A stretch of 64,000 bases of DNA, taken from Candidatus Woesearchaeota archaeon. GTDB lineage: Archaea; Nanobdellota; Nanobdellia; UBA10117. The notes beneath the pieces were generated by a model. The model did no database searches, was not told the DNA's origin, and worked only from the letters and a program-made list of their open reading frames with translations. A program made the translations under genes and the position numbers. Of the stretch, positions 39,122-47,986 are shown piece by piece. The DNA lies in the NCBI GenBank assembly GCA_964354105.1, contig CAYGXM010000002.1, positions 14,398-78,397 on the forward strand, given 5' to 3'. Numbering within the stretch: position 1 is the stretch's first letter; the number at the start of each line of letters is the position of its first letter.

Positions 39122-39871
39122 ATATTTTGCCATTGCCTGCAGAATTTCGTAAGTAGTTTGTCTTTTATTCGCAGATTTTGTTATTGCACTACCAATAATA
39201 AGTATAGAACTTTTACAGGCTTCAACTGCACCATCAGGCGTGTTAAGTTGTTTTTGGCCAACATTTTGAATGCCTTTCCAAGTAATGCCTGGTGTTACAT
39301 ACAGCCAGGAGCCAAGATTCTTTTCCAATATTCCTGCCATGCTTGCAGAGCAAACAACGCCATCCAAATCCCACTCGCGCGCAAGCCTGGCTAAACGCAT
39401 AACATGAGAACTATAACGATCGCTTATCCCTAAAGTTTCCAGGTCTTCGTCTGACTGGCTAGTCAGAACTGTAACGCCGATTACTTTTGGGGCAGGAATA
39501 CTTTGTTTGGCAGCTGCGAGACGAGAACCTCTGATTGTTTGTTTGCACATTTCCTCTCCGCCATCGATGTGAATGCTAAACATGTAAACTCCGGGAACCG
39601 TCAACTGCTGAGCGGTAAGATATGCTTGATCAGGTGTATCTTTTATTTTCAAATCCGGAAATATGTTAGCTCCGTGCTTGTAAAGTTCTTGAATTATTGG
39701 CACACCTTCATTACAAGCAGCAGCGTGCAAGGATTTACCGACTTTAACCATCCCAACCAAATCGGAAAGCTCTTCATAAAGTCCCCGCGCTTCTTGGGTG
39801 GTTGGTACGTCCAAGGCTAAACAAACTCTTTCCCTCGCCTTTTGCTCTTTTTCTGTTAATTTCTTCCCCAT
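39116..39871 (-). CDS. pyrF: orotidine-5'-phosphate decarboxylase
   Basis: LALD, MVKVG, DLKIKDTP, VTVLTS, DGVVCS, VTPGI. Confidence 0.9.
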   Translation of the reverse strand: MGKKLTEKEQKARERVCLALDVPTTQEARGLYEELSDLVGMVKVGKSLHAAACNEGVPIIQELYKHGANIFPDLKIKDTPDQAYLTAQQLTVPGVYMFSIHIDGGEEMCKQTIRGSRLAAAKQSIPAPKVIGVTVLTSQSDEDLETLGISDRYSSHVMRLARLAREWDLDGVVCSASMAGILEKNLGSWLYVTPGITWKGIQNVGQKQLNTPDGAVEACKSSILIIGSAITKSANKRQTTYEILQAMAKYL

Positions 39872-39932
39872 TGCTGATTTCTAAATGCGGAAAGAGATAA
39901 AAACCTAGCGAAAATCTTATACAACAGTAACA

Positions 39933-40547
39933 ATGGCAAAAATAATAATTTTTGATATGGGCGGCGTAATACAAGAAAAAGAAGTATATCAGTCAACTGA
40001 ACTTGTCAACAAAGAATTATTTGAAAAAACGGGAGTTGTTTTATTCCCAAATAATGTAAGACCAAGCCCAAAGTATGAAGAATTTCAAACAGGCAAGATT
40101 AGCTCTGAAGATTATTTCCAGAATTTAATAGATTTATCCAACGCAAAAATTCCTGTCGAAGAACTAATGGAAGTTTACAAGCAAATTTACCTAAAAGCCA
40201 CTAAATTTGACCCTAAAATGATAAAATTAGTAAAAGATTTGCGAAAGAAATATGCTATCGCCTGCTTTTCAGACACCACTGAATTTCACAGACAAATAAA
40301 TGAAGAAAAAGGTTTTTTCAAGCTGTTTGATTTTAGTTTTGTATCATCCGGATTGGGAATTACAAAAGATGAAGTGCGTGCTTTTGAAATTGTTATTGAA
40401 AAGCTAAAAGTAAAGCCTGCTGATTGTATCTTCATAGATGATAAGGAAGGCCATGTCGCAAGAGCAAAATCTATTGGTATAGAGGCCATACAGTTCAAAA
40501 GCTATGCGCAGCTAGTTAAAGAATTAAAAGCTAGGAAGATAATTTAG
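39933..40547 (+). CDS. HAD-family phosphatase
   Basis: IIFDMGGV, FSDT, K, IFIDDK. Confidence 0.88.
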   Translation: MAKIIIFDMGGVIQEKEVYQSTELVNKELFEKTGVVLFPNNVRPSPKYEEFQTGKISSEDYFQNLIDLSNAKIPVEELMEVYKQIYLKATKFDPKMIKLVKDLRKKYAIACFSDTTEFHRQINEEKGFFKLFDFSFVSSGLGITKDEVRAFEIVIEKLKVKPADCIFIDDKEGHVARAKSIGIEAIQFKSYAQLVKELKARKII

Positions 40548-41649
40548 AAACACTAAAGCCAATCAATCTAACTTTTCTGGAATCTCTTAGAAAAGGTATC
40601 AGTAATTCTCGTGCTAGGAGTTGTGCAGTTTTTTCATCATTATGTATTTCTGAAAGGGTTTTAGCTTTAGACGTTGTATGAAAATCTTCATATCTGACTT
40701 TGATTGTGATAGTCTTATAGTTCAGTTTCTCAGTTTTCACTTGCCTGAGTGTGTCATTTACTATCTCAACGAGCTTCCCCAGAATTAGTTTCTTGTCTTT
40801 CGTATCACGCTCAAATGTAACTTGCCGCCCGATTGATTTTGCTTCCCACTCCTCCACAAGAGGAGATTCATCAATCCCGCGCGCTTCATCATGTAAAACA
40901 GAGCCGAATTTGCCGAACCATTCGATCAATTGTGCCTTTGAAATCTTCCTGACGTCTCTTACAGTGTGAATATCTCTTTCATTCAGAACAGCTTTTGTCT
41001 TCGGGCCGACTCCCATCAGAACATTTACGTCTAAAGGTGCGAGGAAATCAGAGACGTAATCTTCTCTTACAATAGTAATGCCATTTGGCTTATGTATGTC
41101 TGCAGCGATCTTTGAAACTAACTTGTTTATTGATATTCCTATAGAACATGTAAGCTTTCTCTTTTGTTTTAGCTCCTCTTTTATCTTCTCTGCCAGCTCT
41201 TTTGCTTCAGAAAAGCTCTTACATCTCTGAGAGATATCCAAGTAGAACTCATCAATGCCGCCAATCTCAAACTTGTCTGCATATTTCCTGAAAATCTCTT
41301 GGCATTTTATCGATTCAGCGATGTATTTGTCCATGTCTACAGGCACAAATATGCAATTTGGACATCTTCTGTAAGCAATGGAGATTGGCTGTCCAGAATG
41401 CACTCCAAATTTTCTGGCTGCGTATGAACAAGTCGATACAACTCCCCTACCCCTGCCACCTTTAGGGTCTGCTCCTACAACAACAGGTTTTCCCCGAATA
41501 GAAGGATTATCCCTTTCTTCAACAGATGCATAAAATGCATCTAAATCTATGTGCAGGATTATGGAAAAATTGCGCTGTTTAGACTGTGCGATTTCATCGC
41601 GATTTTTCCATTCCGAAAACTGCGCATCAGTTTTCATTATTCTTGGCAT
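40531..41649 (-). CDS. dinB: DNA polymerase IV (Y family)
   Basis: HIDLDAFYASVE, SYAARKFGV, IDEFYLD, KPNG, GVGPKT, VRLIG; start uncertain. Confidence 0.93.
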   Translation of the reverse strand: MPRIMKTDAQFSEWKNRDEIAQSKQRNFSIILHIDLDAFYASVEERDNPSIRGKPVVVGADPKGGRGRGVVSTCSYAARKFGVHSGQPISIAYRRCPNCIFVPVDMDKYIAESIKCQEIFRKYADKFEIGGIDEFYLDISQRCKSFSEAKELAEKIKEELKQKRKLTCSIGISINKLVSKIAADIHKPNGITIVREDYVSDFLAPLDVNVLMGVGPKTKAVLNERDIHTVRDVRKISKAQLIEWFGKFGSVLHDEARGIDESPLVEEWEAKSIGRQVTFERDTKDKKLILGKLVEIVNDTLRQVKTEKLNYKTITIKVRYEDFHTTSKAKTLSEIHNDEKTAQLLARELLIPFLRDSRKVRLIGFSVSKLSS

Positions 41650-41747
41650 ATGAAATACAACGAAGTCTGGGCTTTAAAATTTAGCTATATAATCTATATA
41701 ACAAAGGGTTTTAAATGCCTGCATTAAATTATATACTAGAGTATACA

Positions 41748-42020
41748 ATGGACACAGAAGATTTTAAATCTAAAAGTTTGGACGATCTGCTTAGTTTATA
41801 CGACGCCGCGCTGCAAAAGATTTTTGGCGGAGCCCAAGAGCCGGCGCCACATGAAATTGCAGGCCTGATACCTCCTTTAATAAGAGAAAAATTAGACCTA
41901 CTGCAAAAGGCGGGCGATCCCAGACACCAAGCATATTCTGAGCAATATATCGAGTTATTCAAAAAAGACCAGTGCTGGCTCAGCGAACATAAAAACCGAA
42001 CTGGCGCTGCATATGCATAA
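41748..42020 (+). CDS. hypothetical protein
   Basis: 90-aa helical ORF. Confidence 0.55.
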   Translation: MDTEDFKSKSLDDLLSLYDAALQKIFGGAQEPAPHEIAGLIPPLIREKLDLLQKAGDPRHQAYSEQYIELFKKDQCWLSEHKNRTGAAYA

Positions 42021-42051
42021 GCTTTTTAATTGAGTTCTACCACGTAGAAAT

Positions 42052-42309
42052 ATGGTCAGCTTTAATCCATTTTTCAGAAAGCTAGAGAGCTTAGAGGTTC
42101 GAGCAGAGGGCGGCGAGCGATTTTTGGTAACAGAAATCATAAATCTAGAACAACAAGTGCACAGATTACCAGATTCAGACCAGAAGCGACAACTTGAGTT
42201 AAGACTTGCCGCATTAAACGGCAGACTTGCTAAGGTCGCTCAAAAAGCGGAAGCTGAGCACTTAGCTGAAGCCCGAAGACTTGCAAAATTCAAACGCAGA
42301 GGGTTCTAA
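42052..42309 (+). CDS. hypothetical protein
   Basis: 85-aa helical, basic ORF. Confidence 0.55.
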   Translation: MVSFNPFFRKLESLEVRAEGGERFLVTEIINLEQQVHRLPDSDQKRQLELRLAALNGRLAKVAQKAEAEHLAEARRLAKFKRRGF

Positions 42310-42316
42310 TTATCTC

Positions 42317-43093
42317 TCAGCGTATCAGACTTCGCAACCGCAAAATCTCTTTCTCCGTTAGAAATCTCCATTTTCCAAGAGGCAAGTCTTTCAGCTCGAG
42401 ATCGCCAATCTGAACTCTCTTTAATGCCTCAACTGGAAAGCCGACGGCAGCGCACATTCGTCTTACTTCTCTTTTCCTGCCTTCTGAAATCCTAATTACA
42501 ATTATAGAATAACTCTCGCCTCTGCCCAAAACTCGTATTGTTGCGCGCTTAGTCTTGTATCTTTCAGTTCTGTCAGGTTCTCTTACTGTAACCCAAACAC
42601 CGTGCGTCAGTTTTTGCACGGCTCCATCCGTTATCTTCCCGGAAACTTTTGCAATGTAAACCTTCTTTACGTGATATCTTGGGTGCGTCAGTTTTAAGGC
42701 AAAATCTCCTTCATTTGTAAACAGCAAGAGGCCTTCTGTATTAAAATCCAGCCTGCCGACGTTAAACAATGAATTAAATTCTGCATCTGTTAATTTCTCA
42801 TTGTTGATTGATTTTTCTTTCAACAAATCATATGCCAGCTTTCTCCTTCTGGCATCAGATTTTGCAACAAGATAGCTTTCTGGCTTGTTCAGCATTATGT
42901 AAATCTTATTTTTCACAGGCTCAATCTTCTGGCCTTCTACATTTACCTTATCCTTATCTGTATCAACCTTGTCGCCGAGCTTTGCAGTTCTTCCATTTAC
43001 CTTGACTTTTCCAGCAGTAATCAGCTCTTCAGCCTTTCTTCTTGATGATGCGAGGCCTGCCCTTGCCAGAAAGATTTGCAATCGGACGTTCAT
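42317..43093 (-). CDS. RsuA/RluB-family pseudouridine synthase with S4 domain
   Basis: RLQIFLA..SRRKAEELI, LNKP, VGRLDFNTEGLLLFTN, EGRKREVRRM. Confidence 0.93.
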   Translation of the reverse strand: MNVRLQIFLARAGLASSRRKAEELITAGKVKVNGRTAKLGDKVDTDKDKVNVEGQKIEPVKNKIYIMLNKPESYLVAKSDARRRKLAYDLLKEKSINNEKLTDAEFNSLFNVGRLDFNTEGLLLFTNEGDFALKLTHPRYHVKKVYIAKVSGKITDGAVQKLTHGVWVTVREPDRTERYKTKRATIRVLGRGESYSIIVIRISEGRKREVRRMCAAVGFPVEALKRVQIGDLELKDLPLGKWRFLTEKEILRLRSLIR

Positions 43094-43127
43094 AACGCTT
43101 ATATAATATTGTTTGGTTTAAAAACTA

Positions 43128-44273
43128 ATGGACACGGCCACAAAGCTAAAGCTTATCACATCTCCACCTACTGAAGAAATTATTACAGAGGGTGATTTAA
43201 AATCAGCAATTGAGCTTGGAATCCCGCTGAAGCACTACATTGGATTTGAAATTTCCGGCCTGATGCATCTCGGTACAGGCCTTGTCACTATGAGCAAGCT
43301 TGCTGATTTGCAGAAAGCTGGCATAAAGTGTTCTGTATTTCTTGCAGATTACCACAGCTGGATTAACAAAAAATTAGGCGATGATTTGGAGATGATAAGA
43401 AAGACTGCTGGCCAGTATTACATCGAAGGCTTCAAGAAATCAATTGAAATATGTGGTGGAGATCCCGATAAAGTTGATTTTGTATTAGGCTCGAAATTAT
43501 ACGAAGAATTGGGCAATGATTACTGGAGCACTGTAATTGAAGTTGCAAAAAATACGAATCTTGCAAGAATTATGCGCTCCATAACAATAGCTGGAAGAAA
43601 AGAGGGCGAGACTGTCAGCTTTGCGCTTTTGATGTACCCTGTTATGCAAGTCGCAGACATTTTTGCACAGCAAATTAATTTAGCACATTCTGGAATAGAC
43701 CAAAGAAAAGCGCATGTCATAGCAAGAGATGTTGCTCCATATCTTACAATAAAACCGCTAAAAAGAAAGCACGATAACCATGAAGAGGTCTACAAGCCGG
43801 TCGCGCTCCATAATTCTTTGCTCCTCGGCCTGCAGCAGCCGCTACAATGGCCGATTCCAAAAGGCAAAATAAAAGAGGCGATTTCTGCTATGAAAATGTC
43901 AAAATCGAAGCCAAATACCGCGGTATTCTTAACGGACAGCGAAGAAAACATTAAGGCAAAGCTGATGGCTGCTTTCTGTCCGGCTAAACATACAGAATAC
44001 AACCCTGTGCTTGATTGGGCAAAGCATGTAATTTTCAAGCTGAACAAAGAATTAACTATTGAAAGGCCGTCTAAATTTGGTGGAAAACTGCATTTTGATG
44101 ATTATAAAGAATTAGAAAAACTATTTGCTGAGGGCAAATTGCATCCTGTTGATTTGAAAGATGCCGTTGCGAATGAATTAATAGAGATGTTAAAGCCGAT
44201 AAGAGAACATTTTGCAAAGCCAAAATTCCACGAGATGATGCATGAGCTGGAGAAATTAACGATTACAAGATAA
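43128..44273 (+). CDS. tyrS: tyrosyl-tRNA synthetase (archaeal type)
   Basis: YIGFEISGLMHLG, YPVMQVADI, GIDQRKAH, KMSKS, LHPVDLK. Confidence 0.95.
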   Translation: MDTATKLKLITSPPTEEIITEGDLKSAIELGIPLKHYIGFEISGLMHLGTGLVTMSKLADLQKAGIKCSVFLADYHSWINKKLGDDLEMIRKTAGQYYIEGFKKSIEICGGDPDKVDFVLGSKLYEELGNDYWSTVIEVAKNTNLARIMRSITIAGRKEGETVSFALLMYPVMQVADIFAQQINLAHSGIDQRKAHVIARDVAPYLTIKPLKRKHDNHEEVYKPVALHNSLLLGLQQPLQWPIPKGKIKEAISAMKMSKSKPNTAVFLTDSEENIKAKLMAAFCPAKHTEYNPVLDWAKHVIFKLNKELTIERPSKFGGKLHFDDYKELEKLFAEGKLHPVDLKDAVANELIEMLKPIREHFAKPKFHEMMHELEKLTITR

Positions 44274-44276
44274 AAT

Positions 44277-45029
44277 TTAGCAGCGACATTTGGCTTTCTT
44301 TGGCGTCTTGGTGTGCACAAAAGCATTCTGATGCAAATCGATTTCTACAATGCCGTTAGGAATTTCATCATCTACATCTATGGGGGCAACAATTTTTCTA
44401 ACTAAATTGGCCATTCCGGCTGCAACTAGAAGACTTGTTTCAGCTACTGCAGGATTCGCCTGATTGCCGCAAGGCGCTCTTTGCTTTCTCCTTTCGGCTA
44501 GCTCATAAATTCCTTTTGTGCAGTCCAAGCAACATGTTTGCTTAGGAACATAAGCAGAATACCAACCGTGCAAGCCTTGAGTGCCACCAGAAACTAGCGC
44601 ATATTTGTTTTTAACAGCGAACTCGTTTAGGTATGCTCTTGCAGGATTATTATCCACGCAGCCAACAAATACTGGCTTGTTACCTAAATACATTCTTGTA
44701 AAAACATCGAGGGGCATCTTTTCCTGGCTTAACCATTCTTCGTGCGCCTTTATGTCGATGTCTGAATTTCTTTCGCGTAATTTGTTCGCTAGCGTCTGGG
44801 CTTTGTTTTTGCCTACATCATCTTCAGTAAACATACACTGTCTGGTAACATTGTGCAATTCTATTTTATCAGGGTCAATCAAATGCAGCGTGCCAACACC
44901 TTCGATTGCAAGTATTGTTGCAACACCATTTCCTGTTGCACCACAGCCTATGATTGCAACTTCGGCTCCTGTCAGTTTATCTAAATTAAGTCCTGCTGCA
45001 TTTTGTCGGCTATAACGATCTAGAACCAT
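44277..45029 (-). CDS. ThiF/E1-like ubiquitin-activating enzyme
   Basis: DRYSRQ, GCGATG, DPDKIELHNVTRQ, CVDN, CLDC, APCG (putative catalytic Cys), C-terminal CRC. Confidence 0.9.
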   Translation of the reverse strand: MVLDRYSRQNAAGLNLDKLTGAEVAIIGCGATGNGVATILAIEGVGTLHLIDPDKIELHNVTRQCMFTEDDVGKNKAQTLANKLRERNSDIDIKAHEEWLSQEKMPLDVFTRMYLGNKPVFVGCVDNNPARAYLNEFAVKNKYALVSGGTQGLHGWYSAYVPKQTCCLDCTKGIYELAERRKQRAPCGNQANPAVAETSLLVAAGMANLVRKIVAPIDVDDEIPNGIVEIDLHQNAFVHTKTPKKAKCRC

Positions 45030-45835
45030 TTTTTGAACCAAGCTTTTAATCTTGACACAGTTGCAAATCTGTTTTTAGTAAGAAAGTGCCACACAGATGG
45101 CTCCTCTGCAAGTTTCTCATTTAATGCCTCTTCTACAGCAAGATTTGGAGCAAGTTCAACATACCATTCTTGCAATTTCACTTTATCCATAATCTCTTTT
45201 CTGATTTCGTCAGTTGAAAATTTGAGCGGCCCAGGTATAATTTTTGGCGTGACGTTTAAATGAATAACATCTGGTAAAATTTCATCTACAGATAAATAAG
45301 TTTGATATGCGCCATCAGTTGTTAATATCATCGAATAAAGCCCGAGGGCCTCTCTTTCTATAACGTTTTCAGAACTACATTCGCATTTCCAGCTTGCCTT
45401 AACAGGAACCTGTATATCATTAAACCGGATTCCAATATCCCTATAATCTGTTATAGAAGGCGAGCAGCCTATCTCGCCTTTGCCGGGATGAAAGTGAAAC
45501 CAACCCACCGGATTAAGGCCTTCAGCTTTTGCCTTTTCTATTGTTGCTGCAATGTCATCTGCACTGTAGCTGGCACCTACCCAATTAGATTTACAGGGCA
45601 CAAGAGCACAGTTTTTTATTTCATACGAGTCTCCTGCAGGACTTAGCAATATGCCACCCAGCTCTGTGAAAACTTTTTCCCTAGTTTTTAATTGTGAATA
45701 CTGCTGCCGCATTGCAGAATCTATCAAGGGGCCATGGGCAAGAATTTTTTCCAAGCAGCCAGATGTTATTACAAATTCCTTATCCAGCTTAAGGTCCTTA
45801 AACCCTGCAACTTCTGTTGAATAATAGGTTTCCAT
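45020..45835 (-). CDS. JAMM/MPN+ metalloprotease (DUB-like)
   Basis: ELGGILL followed by VGWFHFHP..SPSITD (E..HxH..S..D). Confidence 0.88.
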   Translation of the reverse strand: METYYSTEVAGFKDLKLDKEFVITSGCLEKILAHGPLIDSAMRQQYSQLKTREKVFTELGGILLSPAGDSYEIKNCALVPCKSNWVGASYSADDIAATIEKAKAEGLNPVGWFHFHPGKGEIGCSPSITDYRDIGIRFNDIQVPVKASWKCECSSENVIEREALGLYSMILTTDGAYQTYLSVDEILPDVIHLNVTPKIIPGPLKFSTDEIRKEIMDKVKLQEWYVELAPNLAVEEALNEKLAEEPSVWHFLTKNRFATVSRLKAWFKKWF

Positions 45836-45837
45836 AA

Positions 45838-46629
45838 TTAGTAATTTTTTACGATGTGCGTATTAACTACTCCCCGTCTTTCTGTAGAACCATGACGCGC
45901 GTGCACTATCGACCTTGCGTAATCCATCGCCAGAACTATTTTCTTTTCTAAAGGCATATTTTCCATGCCAAGTACATAGGCCTCATATCTTGGCGCGCAA
46001 ATATCATCTTCACCTTCTCCAACGTCTGGCTTTAGCGAATTATGAGTGAGCAAAAATGGGTTTCCAAGAGTAATTGTCCTATCTAACATCAACTCCAGGC
46101 CTATTTTAAAAGGCGCTTCATATCTGGCCTTTTTTGCTTTCCTTTGACTATATTTATAACAAGGAAAGGTTTTAGTTGCTGCAATAATTTCAAACTTATC
46201 TTCATCTTTCCAACTAGTAATATTAACAACAGGCTCTATTATTATTGCAGGATCTAATTTTTGTATTTTAATAGAAAGGCTATATAATCTTCTAAAATTG
46301 TTGCGGAATTTTCGTCCGATATCCGCATAATACTTATCGATTTTGTCACAGAAATCGCCTTCTCTCCACTCTTCGTATTTTTCAAATTCGCTAACTTTTT
46401 CTTTTAGCGAATCGCGCTCTTGCCTTAAATCTTTGATTTGCCTCTCAAGAGTCGCCTGGCCTGCCAAATCCAAAAAAATATCTGCTCCCTTGCCAATTTT
46501 ATAACTATCACTTTTGTTCAAATCAGGACTTACAGGCATTCTATAAACGCTGCCATCCGGCAACACAACAAGGCACTCTTTCTCTTTTAACAGCTGATTA
46601 AGATTCTTTTTTAGTTCTTCTGAGGTCAT
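45838..46629 (-). CDS. putative divergent E2-like protein with N-terminal coiled coil
   Basis: NPFLLTHNSL..GEGEDDICAP resembles the E2 HxN..GxIC region; lies between the Ubl and JAMM genes. Confidence 0.5.
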   Translation of the reverse strand: MTSEELKKNLNQLLKEKECLVVLPDGSVYRMPVSPDLNKSDSYKIGKGADIFLDLAGQATLERQIKDLRQERDSLKEKVSEFEKYEEWREGDFCDKIDKYYADIGRKFRNNFRRLYSLSIKIQKLDPAIIIEPVVNITSWKDEDKFEIIAATKTFPCYKYSQRKAKKARYEAPFKIGLELMLDRTITLGNPFLLTHNSLKPDVGEGEDDICAPRYEAYVLGMENMPLEKKIVLAMDYARSIVHARHGSTERRGVVNTHIVKNY

Positions 46630-46660
46630 AAAAAAGAAAAAAAGAAAAGAGATAAAAAGC
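46630..46660 (-). terminator. oligo-U tract after the Ubl gene
   Basis: Minus strand reads CTTTTTATCTCTTTTCTTTTTTCTTTTTT. Confidence 0.5.
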
Positions 46661-46663
46661 TAC

Positions 46664-47008
46664 CTACGCGCTGTAGAACCCTTCTGAAGCAATGTAGCCG
46701 TTTTCACCAGCAGCGTTTACTAAGTAATGTACATTGTTTTCTACTACGTGGTTTTTAATTTGGGTTGTTGTCTTAACGACTGCATTTGTTGCAGCATTCT
46801 TTACTTGGTAACCTTCGTCAACCATTCTCTTAAAAGCCGCGCCACCTTTTATTCTGTGGCCTGTTGCATGCTCTGCGCCCATACTTACAATTTCTTCTAT
46901 TGTGCTGTCTTTTGGCGCATCGAATTGAACAAGTGGCTTTTGCGCAACTGTATCTAAGGTTACTCTTATTTTTTGTTCTTGCGTCTGTGTGTTTTTAATT
47001 TCACTCAT
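46664..47008 (-). CDS. putative ubiquitin-like (beta-grasp) protein with C-terminal extension
   Basis: KIRVTL / LVQFDAP / DSTIEEIV / YQVKN / VHYLVN, then AAGENG-YIASEGFYSA; GGTGA Shine-Dalgarno before ATG 47008. Confidence 0.65.
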   Translation of the reverse strand: MSEIKNTQTQEQKIRVTLDTVAQKPLVQFDAPKDSTIEEIVSMGAEHATGHRIKGGAAFKRMVDEGYQVKNAATNAVVKTTTQIKNHVVENNVHYLVNAAGENGYIASEGFYSA

Positions 47009-47099
47009 GTATATCACCAACAAAAGCTCGTACATTAGTTTTTTAAGGCTTGTCGGAAAAATAAGAAAGACATTTAAAATGATTCTATTTTAGACGTAA

Positions 47100-47894
47100 T
47101 TAATCGTAAAACACAACTGTGGCTATTGTACAGCCATAATCTTCGCTTATTTCCCTTATTGTTGCAACTTTTACTTCAAGGCCATTATCTATATATTTTA
47201 CAAGCTCTTTATCGTACAGCTTAGGCAATTTTTTAATATCTTTTGCGAAACCTTCCAGCATTACTCTACGCTGTTTAGGTAAATCTTTCACCTCTTTAGT
47301 GAATTCTGTAAGCTTTATTGTTAATTTTTCTCTATCTGCTTCTGTTGTAAGCAATTCCAACAGATTCTTTTCGCGTGTGTGGTTAATTTCAGATTCGAAT
47401 TTATCTACTAAATTACGCAATTCTTTTTCTTCCCATTCTTTTTCATGAGGAATATAACCTTCTTTTGTTTTTATTCGCTCGTTTCTCGCTTCTGCCATCT
47501 CTGCAGCTTTGTGGCAAAGATATTTCTGCAAAAATGGCTTGTCAACATAATCGTGGCCTTCTGCAACAATATAATGTTCGCTTAGGCTCGCGAGAACAAT
47601 ACCTGCGCTAATAGTTTGGCCTTCATGACCGCTCATACGAGCTAAAACGCAATGCGTTATTTTGCCTATCGGCAAACTTACAGGGTCTGTACGCTGGCAG
47701 CCTGGCGGAATAATAGAGCTAACAGTTACAACATTCTGGTTTGCGATACTTCCCTTAATCCATTCTTTAGTGTCCTTGATGTCCTTCTCTATGCCTGCAT
47801 TCATCAAAGCTTTGTCAAAAGCGTTAATCTCAGAGGTGTCGCTAACGCCTTTGCCAGTTACAACAAAATACTTCGTTGGTAGTGTGTCCGTCAT
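47100..47894 (-). CDS. pdaD: pyruvoyl-dependent arginine decarboxylase with insertions
   Basis: NAFDKALMNAGI, N..TVSSIIPP (Ser-Ser cleavage site), ISAGI, GCTIA. Confidence 0.8.
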   Translation of the reverse strand: MTDTLPTKYFVVTGKGVSDTSEINAFDKALMNAGIEKDIKDTKEWIKGSIANQNVVTVSSIIPPGCQRTDPVSLPIGKITHCVLARMSGHEGQTISAGIVLASLSEHYIVAEGHDYVDKPFLQKYLCHKAAEMAEARNERIKTKEGYIPHEKEWEEKELRNLVDKFESEINHTREKNLLELLTTEADREKLTIKLTEFTKEVKDLPKQRRVMLEGFAKDIKKLPKLYDKELVKYIDNGLEVKVATIREISEDYGCTIATVVFYD

Positions 47895-47986
47895 TTTAAT
47901 GAGTTACAATAAAACCATAAGAATAAATATTTATCTATACTAATCTCTGGACAACTGTAATATCTATGGCGGTTTTTGGTATTTAA

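Noticed and set aside
44277..45029. Ordinary ThiF/MoeB sulfur-relay gene working with SufS
   Set aside because: No Gly-Gly ThiS/MoaD, thiamine or Moco genes adjacent; SufS is 40 kb away; the JAMM and E2-like neighbours favour conjugation. Not fully excluded.
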